Origin: an uncultured Spirochaetales bacterium
GTDB lineage: Bacteria; Myxococcota_A; UBA9160; SMWR01
Reading direction: 5' to 3'
DNA: 64,000 nt
Assembly: GCA_964653555.1 (NCBI GenBank)
Contig: CAZZFT010000001.1
Span: 929-64,928 of the forward strand
The notes below the pieces were generated by a model, which was not told the origin of the DNA, ran no database searches, and saw nothing but the letters and a program-made list of their open reading frames with translations. A program made the position numbers and the translations under genes. Of this stretch, positions 56,854-63,927 are shown one piece after another. Numbering within the stretch: position 1 is the first letter of the stretch; every line of letters starts with the position of its first letter.

Positions 56854-58355
56854 GTGGATCGCGGGCACCCGATCACGAGGTCGTGGTCGTGGGCGCGGGC
56901 TTCGGCGGGATCGGCGTCGGCATCGAGCTGAAGCGGATCGGCATCGACGACTTCGTGCTGTTGGAGGAGGCCGACGACCTCGGCGGAACCTGGCGCGACA
57001 ACACGTACCCGGGCCTCGAGGTCGACATCCCCTCCTTCAGCTACTCGTACCACTTCGAGCCCTGCGCGGACTGGAGCCAGGTCTTCGCCCCGGGGCGCGA
57101 GGTCAAGCAGTACGCGGACCACTGCGCGGACAAATACGGAATCCGACCCCACATCCGGTACCGCTCGCATGTCGAGGGGGTCGAGTGGGACGAGGAGGGC
57201 ACCCGCTGGCGCATCCACGTCGCGGGCGGGCGGGAGGTGACCGCGCGCCATCTGGTCTCCGCCGCCGGGTTCCTGGTGCGCCCGAAGATGCCGGACCTGG
57301 TCGGGATCGAGTCCTTCCGCGGCAAGCAGATCCACACCGCCCGCTGGGATCACGACTACGATCTCACCGGCAAGCGCGTGGCCCTGATCGGCACCGGAGC
57401 GACGGGTGTCCAGGTGGGTCCCGCGATCGCCGATCGCGTCGCCCGGCTCGACGTCTACCAGCGCACCGCGATCTGGCTGATGCCCAAGATGAACGCGGTC
57501 TTCTCGGAGCGCACGAAGCGCCTGTTCCGCAGGGCACCGGTCCTCCAGAAGGGGATCCGCGCCGCGAGTTGGCTGGGGATGGACGTGTTCTTCTCCACCG
57601 GCTGGCTCAACCATCACCGCTTCTCCTGGATCATCGACAAGATCGAGGCGGCGCTCATCCGCAACATGCGGGAGCAGGTGCGCGATCCGAAGATCCAGGA
57701 GAAGCTGATCCCGAACTACAACTTCTTCTGCAAGCGGCCGAGCATGTCGAACACCTTCTACCCGATGTTCAATCGGGAGAACGTCGAGCTGATCACGGAC
57801 CCGATCGATCGCGTCACCGAGAGCGGGATCACCACGCAGGACGGCGTCCACCGTGAGGTGGACGCCCTGATCTGCGCCACCGGCTTCAAGATCTTCGACC
57901 GCGAGTCGACGCCGAGCTTCGAGGTCCTGGGCCGGGGCGGGAAGAACCTCGGCGACTGGTGGGCCGAGAGCCGATACCAGGCCTTCCATGGCACGACGAT
58001 GCCCGACTTTCCGAACTTCTTCATGCTCGTTGGGCCCTACGCCGCGTCCGGCGCCTCCTACTTCGACACGCTGAGCTCCCAGGTCGCCCACATCTCGCGC
58101 TGCCTGCGGGCCGCCCGCACGCGCCGCGCCACACGGATCGAGGTGAGACGGGAGGCGCACGAGCGCGACTTCGCCTTCGTCCTGCGCCGGAGCGCGAACA
58201 GCGTGCTCTTGCACGGCAACTGCGCGTCTTCGCGCAGCTACTACCTGGACCGCCGGGGAGACGCTCCCGTCATCCGCCCGGTCTCGCCGAGCGAGCACTG
58301 GCTCCGTTCGCGCCTGTTCCGCGTCGGGCGCAGCTACCACCTCGACGACGGCTGA
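56850..58355 (+). CDS. Flavin-containing (Baeyer-Villiger-type) monooxygenase
   Basis: The GTG overlaps the upstream stop (GTGA). FAD loop VVGAGFGG, BVMO fingerprint FRGKQIHTARWD (FxGxxxHxxxWD), and NADP loop GTGATG. Confidence 0.85.
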   Translation: MSGSRAPDHEVVVVGAGFGGIGVGIELKRIGIDDFVLLEEADDLGGTWRDNTYPGLEVDIPSFSYSYHFEPCADWSQVFAPGREVKQYADHCADKYGIRPHIRYRSHVEGVEWDEEGTRWRIHVAGGREVTARHLVSAAGFLVRPKMPDLVGIESFRGKQIHTARWDHDYDLTGKRVALIGTGATGVQVGPAIADRVARLDVYQRTAIWLMPKMNAVFSERTKRLFRRAPVLQKGIRAASWLGMDVFFSTGWLNHHRFSWIIDKIEAALIRNMREQVRDPKIQEKLIPNYNFFCKRPSMSNTFYPMFNRENVELITDPIDRVTESGITTQDGVHREVDALICATGFKIFDRESTPSFEVLGRGGKNLGDWWAESRYQAFHGTTMPDFPNFFMLVGPYAASGASYFDTLSSQVAHISRCLRAARTRRATRIEVRREAHERDFAFVLRRSANSVLLHGNCASSRSYYLDRRGDAPVIRPVSPSEHWLRSRLFRVGRSYHLDDG

Positions 58356-58372
58356 GGCTCCCGGGCGGCTCC

Positions 58373-59464
58373 TCAGTGAGATGCGTAGGGCGAGCCCGGC
58401 GCGGGCCCCGGCAGAGCGCGGACGGGCATCGCGTAGCCCTTCTCCGGGCACGGGCCATAGCGTGTACCGGTCACGCGGCCGCCCTCGAGCAGCGGCGCGT
58501 CGCACAGGTCGTTCACGAGGTACGCGGGCAGCGGCTTGTAGGGCGCGGCGTAGAGCCCGACGGTGGCCTGGAGCGTGGTGAAGACGAGCCAGACCCCGTT
58601 CACGACTCCCACGAGCGCCACGGTCGAGATCAGCGTTCGCATCCGCGGAGCGTGTGCCTCCAGTCCTCGCTCGGTGATTTCGCGCCCCTTGTCGTCCTTG
58701 AAGAAGCGCAGGGCCCCGAAGGAGCCGAAGCAGAGCGCGGCAGGGACCATCTCCCAGATCGGGTACTTGGTGCTGTCTCCACTGAACAGGGCGAGCTGGT
58801 CGGGGGAGCCCGGGTAGGCCCACAGCCGCAGCTTGAACATCGGGATCTCGAAGGCCAGGTCGAAGAGCAGCCCCACCAGCGTCACCAGGAGCAGCATCCG
58901 CGCGATGCTGATCGCGGGCCAGCGGGCGCGGATCCGCTCCATCAGCGCGCAGACCAGGAGCGCGGCCCCGAGGTTGGTGAGCGGGTAGCAGAACAGGTGG
59001 AAGAGGAGCGGAAAGGGCAGCCGCCCGATGTCCGGGTTGACGGGCAGCGGAAAGCCCGCCAGCGGGTTGTTCAAGTTGACCCAGTTGGAGCTGTACATCC
59101 AGACCGGGGCGAAGATGTTGACCCAGGCATCCAGCCAGATCACCGAGTAGCCGGCGAGCATCAGCTTGGCGTCGAAGGTGAAGCGGCGCTCGCGGAGGCA
59201 GCGGCGCACCACCCAGGCGAGCAGGCAGAAGAAGAGGAAGCCGAAGGTCACCTCGTAGCCGCGCGCGGCCCACCAATTGACCGAGCCTGGCGTCTTCCAC
59301 TGGGTGATCGAATACGGTCCGGCGGCCAGCCACGCCCCGTAGGTCCACGCCTGCATGGCGAGCATCAGCCCGCCGAAGCACGCGAAGTAGTGGGCGGCGC
59401 CCCAGCGCGCGCGAACGCCCGGGACCTCCAGCGCGCCGACCGAAGTCGCGGCGGTCACGGCCAT
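58373..59464 (-). CDS. AveC-family (spirocyclase-like) integral membrane protein, copy 2
   Basis: 363 aa, colinear with and about 80% identical to the ORF at 10783-11874. ATG 59464 follows GAGGGAG. A sigma70-like TTCAAT-16-AGTAAT promoter lies upstream. Confidence 0.72.
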   Translation of the reverse strand: MAVTAATSVGALEVPGVRARWGAAHYFACFGGLMLAMQAWTYGAWLAAGPYSITQWKTPGSVNWWAARGYEVTFGFLFFCLLAWVVRRCLRERRFTFDAKLMLAGYSVIWLDAWVNIFAPVWMYSSNWVNLNNPLAGFPLPVNPDIGRLPFPLLFHLFCYPLTNLGAALLVCALMERIRARWPAISIARMLLLVTLVGLLFDLAFEIPMFKLRLWAYPGSPDQLALFSGDSTKYPIWEMVPAALCFGSFGALRFFKDDKGREITERGLEAHAPRMRTLISTVALVGVVNGVWLVFTTLQATVGLYAAPYKPLPAYLVNDLCDAPLLEGGRVTGTRYGPCPEKGYAMPVRALPGPAPGSPYASH

Positions 59465-59480
59465 GCGCCGTCGTCTCCCT

Positions 59481-59512
59481 CGATTACTGAACGGAAGCGT
59501 ACCTATTGAAAG
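59481..59512. promoter_or_regulatory. Recurrent motif, site 11 / promoter of AveC-2
   Basis: CGATTACTGAACGGAAGCGTACCTATTGAAAG. On the minus strand it reads TTCAAT-16 nt-AGTAAT, then GAGGGAG, then the ATG. Confidence 0.45.
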
Positions 59513-59578
59513 CGGTCCGCTCGGGCGGGTCAAGCGTGAAATGCGGCGCGCTGGCGCGCGGCCGGGAAACGCCTTCGC

Positions 59579-60403
59579 TCAGGGCTTCGTGCCAGCGACG
59601 GTGAAGAGCGTGCACCCGCCCGCGTAGTGTCCGCGCGCACCGAGCCGCTCCACACCGGCGAGCCAGTCCCGGGCCTGCTCCGCGTCGATCACGCCTTCGG
59701 CCCGAGCCCCCGCGACCGCGCGCTCCAGGTCGAAGAGCTCGGCGCCGACCACCGGGTCCGTGACGAATTGCACTTCGGGGCACACCGCAATGTCGACCAG
59801 ACCCGCGTCGCGGAAGAGGCCGGGGAGCTGTCGTCCGACCCAACCGCTCGGGAAGCCGTCGCACACGAAGCGGAAGATCCGGCGCGTGATCTCCCGGTCC
59901 TCGGCGTTCACGATGAAGGTCTCCATGTCCGGCTCGGTCACCACCACGCGCCCGCCGGGCCGGACCACCCGCGTCATCTCCGCGACCACGGCCGCCGGAT
60001 CGGTGGCGTGGACCAGCACGCGCTCGGCGTGGGCGGCGTCGACGCTGTCGTCGGGCAGCTCGAGCCCTGCGGCGTCTTCCCGTCGGAACTCCATCCGGGC
60101 CCCGGAGGCGGCGTTGCGCGTGCGCGCTTCGGCGATCATCGCCTCGCTCCGGTCGACGCCCACGACGCGTCCGCTCTCGCCCACGATCCCCGCGAGCGCG
60201 CGGGCGTCCTCGCCGGTTCCGCAGCCCACGTCGAGAGCGGTGGCACCGGGGCGCAGATTCATCAGGGCCCAGGCGCGGCGCTTCCAGGCGAGCGTGGCCT
60301 CGAGGCCGTGCTGCAGGTCGAGGCACTGCACGAAGGCCTCGGACGCGGCGGTCGCGTCGACGCGCTGGAAGTCGCGGCCCAGGGTCTGGAGTCGGCTCGA
60401 CAC
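59579..60403 (-). CDS. Class I SAM-dependent methyltransferase, paralog 1
   Basis: The SAM motif ALDVGCGTGEDA, then VVGVDRSEAMI. Confidence 0.85.
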   Translation of the reverse strand: MSSRLQTLGRDFQRVDATAASEAFVQCLDLQHGLEATLAWKRRAWALMNLRPGATALDVGCGTGEDARALAGIVGESGRVVGVDRSEAMIAEARTRNAASGARMEFRREDAAGLELPDDSVDAAHAERVLVHATDPAAVVAEMTRVVRPGGRVVVTEPDMETFIVNAEDREITRRIFRFVCDGFPSGWVGRQLPGLFRDAGLVDIAVCPEVQFVTDPVVGAELFDLERAVAGARAEGVIDAEQARDWLAGVERLGARGHYAGGCTLFTVAGTKP

Positions 60404-60430
60404 GGTCGCAGCTCCTGCCGAACGCGCGGC

Positions 60431-61405
60431 TCAGGCCTTGCCCTGCCGCTCGCGGGAGGCCTTCGGCATGATCTCCTGATAGGTCATCTTCTCGTCGCGC
60501 CCCGTCGCACGCTCGTATACGACGTCGGTCGCCGCGTTGCCGTTCGGCGGGACCACATAGTCCCGGAGATCCATCACGTCGTCGATGTGTGCGGCGACCT
60601 CCTCGGGCTGGAGCCCGGTCTTGCCCGAGGCCCAGCCGCGCGCCATGCCCAGGAAGATCCGCGCTGCGTGGCTGCCGCCCGCCTGGAAGGTCTCGCCGCT
60701 GACCTGGCAGCCCGGGCTCAGCAGGTAGGTGACGACGGCCGCCACGTTCGCGGGATCCATCAGCTCGCCGAAGCGCTGCTTCTGGGTGTCGCGGGCCATG
60801 CGCGTCGCCGCGATCGGGCCCATCACGTTGACCTTGATGTCCAGACCCGCGAGCTGAGCCTCCTCGTGGATGCTGCGCGCCAGCCCGATCACGCCCAGCT
60901 TCGCCGCCGCGTAGGCGTGCACCAGGGGATGGCCGAAGATCGCGCCCGAGGTGGTGAAGACCATGCGTCCGTACTTGCGCGAGGCCATGTCGCGGTAGGC
61001 GGGCTGTCCGACGTGGTAGGCGCCCATCAGGTGGACGTCGATGATCTGGCGGATCTCCTCGAGGGACTGCTCGGAGAAGGGAGCGCCGCGCACGATCCCG
61101 GCGTTGTGTACCAGCATGTCGACGCGGCCGAAGGCATCGATGCACTGTCGCACGATCTCCGCCCCACCCTCGGCCGCGGCGACGTTGGCCGTCGAGGCGA
61201 CCGCCTTCCCGCCGGCCTCGCGGATCTCCGCTGCGACGGACTCGGCGACACTGCGATCGCCTCCGGAGCCGTCGATCTCGGTGCCGATGTCGTTGACCAC
61301 GACGCCGGCGCCGCGCTGGGCGAGCATCAACGCGTGGGCGCGCCCGATGCCGCGCCCGGCTCCCGTGACCACGGCTCCCTGACCGCTGAGGTCGATCTGC
61401 TTCAC
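60431..61405 (-). CDS. SDR family oxidoreductase (MFE-2/hydroxysteroid dehydrogenase-like)
   Basis: VTGAGRGIGRAHA, VVVNDIG, HNAG, YAAAKLGV. Confidence 0.86.
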   Translation of the reverse strand: MKQIDLSGQGAVVTGAGRGIGRAHALMLAQRGAGVVVNDIGTEIDGSGGDRSVAESVAAEIREAGGKAVASTANVAAAEGGAEIVRQCIDAFGRVDMLVHNAGIVRGAPFSEQSLEEIRQIIDVHLMGAYHVGQPAYRDMASRKYGRMVFTTSGAIFGHPLVHAYAAAKLGVIGLARSIHEEAQLAGLDIKVNVMGPIAATRMARDTQKQRFGELMDPANVAAVVTYLLSPGCQVSGETFQAGGSHAARIFLGMARGWASGKTGLQPEEVAAHIDDVMDLRDYVVPPNGNAATDVVYERATGRDEKMTYQEIMPKASRERQGKA

Positions 61406-61484
61406 TTCGTCTCCTCCCGCCGCCTGGGCAGCCGCATGCGCGGATCAGTCTACCGGGAAGCGTCACGCCGCGAATGGTGAAGGG

Positions 61485-61510
61485 ATGTACACGTGAATGA
61501 ACACGTGGCT
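61485..61510. promoter_or_regulatory. Tandem ACACGTG boxes (SDR / methyltransferase divergent region)
   Basis: ATGTACACGTGAATGAACACGTGGCT. Two ACACGTG copies lie 12 bp apart, and each contains the palindrome CACGTG. Confidence 0.4.
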
Positions 61511-61631
61511 CTCTGCGCGATCCGACAATTACATCCTTGACGTTCGGCGGGTCCCGGGCGCAGGTTTCGTTGCAAAGCCGCCCGCGGTCGAGCGTGTGGC
61601 GAAGATCGCTGAACGCCGGGGAGAGAAAGCG

Positions 61632-62450
61632 ATGGCCCACACGGACCTGGGACGCGAGTTCGGAGCGATCGATCGCAGCGGCGACGCCCAGGCGTTCGTC
61701 TCCGTGCTCGATCACCAGGTCCGGCAGGCGACGATCCTCGATCAGAAGGAGCGGGCGGCCATCCTGCTCGGGCTTCGCCCTGGGGCTCGGGTCCTCGACG
61801 TGGGATGTGGAACCGGCCACGACGCCCAGCGGCTCGCCGAGCGCGTCGGGGACGAGGGTGCGGTGGTCGGCGTCGACAGCAGCGCGGCGATGATTGAGAC
61901 GGCGAAGGGGCGCGCCGCCGGAAGTCGCCTGCCGGTCGAGTTCCGTCTCGCGGAGGCAACCGAACTCGCGTTCCCGGACGAGAGCTTCGACGCCGTGCAC
62001 AGCGAGCGCATGCTCGTGCACGTGCCCGCGCCTCTACGGGCGCTGTGCGAGATGGTCCGGGTCACCCGGCGCGGCGGCCGGATCGTGGTGACCGACGTGG
62101 ACATCGGCACCTGGTTCGTGAGCCACCCGGACCGCGCGCTCACCCGCGTCGTCGCCAACGCGGTCTGCGATGCGGTGGCGAACGGCTGGATGGGACGCCA
62201 GCTGCGCGGATTGTTCCGGGAAGCGGGGCTGGTGGAGATCGAGGCCTACCCCGGCATCCTGTTCTTCACCGATCTCGAGTCGCTGATGGGGACGATGAGC
62301 CTTCCGGCGACCCTCGACCGGGTCGTCGAGCAGGGCCTCGCGACGCGCGAGGAGACCGCCGCCTGGCTGCGGACCCTCGAGGACGAGAGCGCCGCCGGCC
62401 GCTTCAGCGCCGGGACCGTCCTGGTGACGGTGGTCGGCCGCAGGCCGTGA
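61632..62450 (+). CDS. Class I SAM-dependent methyltransferase, paralog 2
   Basis: ATG 61632 follows GGGGAGAG. VLDVGCGTGHDA, VVGVDSSAAMI. Colinear with the ORF at 59579-60403. Confidence 0.85.
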   Translation: MAHTDLGREFGAIDRSGDAQAFVSVLDHQVRQATILDQKERAAILLGLRPGARVLDVGCGTGHDAQRLAERVGDEGAVVGVDSSAAMIETAKGRAAGSRLPVEFRLAEATELAFPDESFDAVHSERMLVHVPAPLRALCEMVRVTRRGGRIVVTDVDIGTWFVSHPDRALTRVVANAVCDAVANGWMGRQLRGLFREAGLVEIEAYPGILFFTDLESLMGTMSLPATLDRVVEQGLATREETAAWLRTLEDESAAGRFSAGTVLVTVVGRRP

Positions 62451-62610
62451 GCGCCGGCGGATCCCCCACAAGGGGGTATCCCCGCGGGTCAATAAAAATA
62501 GACGCGAATGCCTCAAAATTAATTGACGCGGTCTCCGGACGCGGTTCATGCTGATCTCCTCTCGGAACCAAAGGGACGGCTGTGGCCGGTCCCTCGGAGG
62601 AGAACCCACC

Positions 62611-63615
62611 ATGGCAAAGGCAATCCGACGGAGTGCTGGGAAGCGGGCGATCGGCGTCGCATTGATTTCAGGCTTGGGAGTCTGCTTATTGGCGGGCCCC
62701 GCGTTCGCCGTAGGCGTCCTCTACACCGGATCGTTTCGCTACATCATCCGGACCGGCCAGACGCCGCCGGTGCCGCCGGCCCAGCTTCCGACGTGGAGCG
62801 GGACGCTGAACGTCACGCCGAGCGGCGGTATCTCGATCCCGGCGAACAGCGCGAGCTTCCTGTCCACCGTGCACTGGACCAACCCGCCGACCTTCGCCGG
62901 TGTGCTCCAGCTGACGAGCTTCCTGAGTCTGATGAATCCGGGCGCGGGCGTAGCGGGACCGGGGGGCGGCCCGGCAGGGCTCTCCTTCGCGTTTCCATCC
63001 CCGACCGGAGCTCCTCCGGTCAACGCCACCTTCGGGGTCACGAAGCGCCTCGGCGCGGTGTCGGTCCCCGGTGGCGGGAATGCGTTCGGCGGCTCGCTGG
63101 GCTTCCTCTTCAACTACCAGGCGAACCTCGTCCTCTCCGGTGGGGGCGGAGGCGCCCCGAACCTCGCCTGTCCGCAGGTGCTGCCGGGATTCCCGGGGTC
63201 GCCCTTCACCGGGACGAATCAGGTCTCCTGCGTGGGGCTCACGACGGGCCCGTTGCCGGCGATGACGCTGCCGTCGGTGATGGTGCCCCGGGCGCTCACT
63301 GTGACGGGCTGGACGGCCACTACCGGGCCCGTGTTCGTCGGGGCGCCAGCGCCGGTCGCCACTACGACGCTGACGGCGATCGGCAGCGACGTGCGCAATA
63401 CCGCCGGCACCACGGGAATGATTCAGCTCGTCGCGCCCTGGCTCTTCGGCTCGCAGAACGGACTTCCCACCGGACCGGCGGGGCAGAATCAAGGTGCCGT
63501 GATCCCGGAGTTCACCCTGACCCTGATGCCGGAGCCAACCGCGACCCTGGCCCTGCTGGGCGGGATCGCGACGCTCGTCGGGATGCGGGTGCTGGAGCGC
63601 CGTCGCCGTTCCTAG
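62611..63615 (+). CDS. PEP-CTERM sorting-domain secreted protein
   Basis: Signal peptide MAKAIRRSAGKRAIGVALISGLGVCLLAGPAFA. Gly/Pro/Thr-rich body. The C-terminal MPEPTATLALLGGIATLVGMRVLERRRRS has the PEP motif, a TM helix and an Arg cluster. Confidence 0.85.
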   Translation: MAKAIRRSAGKRAIGVALISGLGVCLLAGPAFAVGVLYTGSFRYIIRTGQTPPVPPAQLPTWSGTLNVTPSGGISIPANSASFLSTVHWTNPPTFAGVLQLTSFLSLMNPGAGVAGPGGGPAGLSFAFPSPTGAPPVNATFGVTKRLGAVSVPGGGNAFGGSLGFLFNYQANLVLSGGGGGAPNLACPQVLPGFPGSPFTGTNQVSCVGLTTGPLPAMTLPSVMVPRALTVTGWTATTGPVFVGAPAPVATTTLTAIGSDVRNTAGTTGMIQLVAPWLFGSQNGLPTGPAGQNQGAVIPEFTLTLMPEPTATLALLGGIATLVGMRVLERRRRS

Positions 63616-63927
63616 CGGGGGTAGGGGGAGAGCCGGACTGCGGAAGCCGGCTCCCACGTCCCCGGAATCGCTGGGGAACAGGCCGACTTCCCGTTGACAC
63701 TATGCGGCGGGCCGGGGGGTGGGCGGATCGTGGAATCGCCTCCCCGGTGGGCACGTAACGCAGCGCGTCACATGGGGTTTGTCGCGGCGCCGAGGCCGGC
63801 GACCGATCCGGAGATATTCCGGCATCAACGCAACAAAAATACTTGACCGCCTCTCCTCCTGGTCCATATGCTGAGCCCGTGCTCGGGACATCCGCAACCG
63901 AGCCCTGGGTTCTACTAGGAGGCGATC

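Noticed and set aside
10783-59464. The inverted AveC paralogs as the terminal repeats of a composite transposon or an invertible segment.
   Set aside because: The copies are only about 80% identical, and the differences look like long-term coding divergence. Similarity stops at the gene borders, and there are no IS features or flanking direct repeats. This points to an old gene duplication and not a mobile-element boundary.
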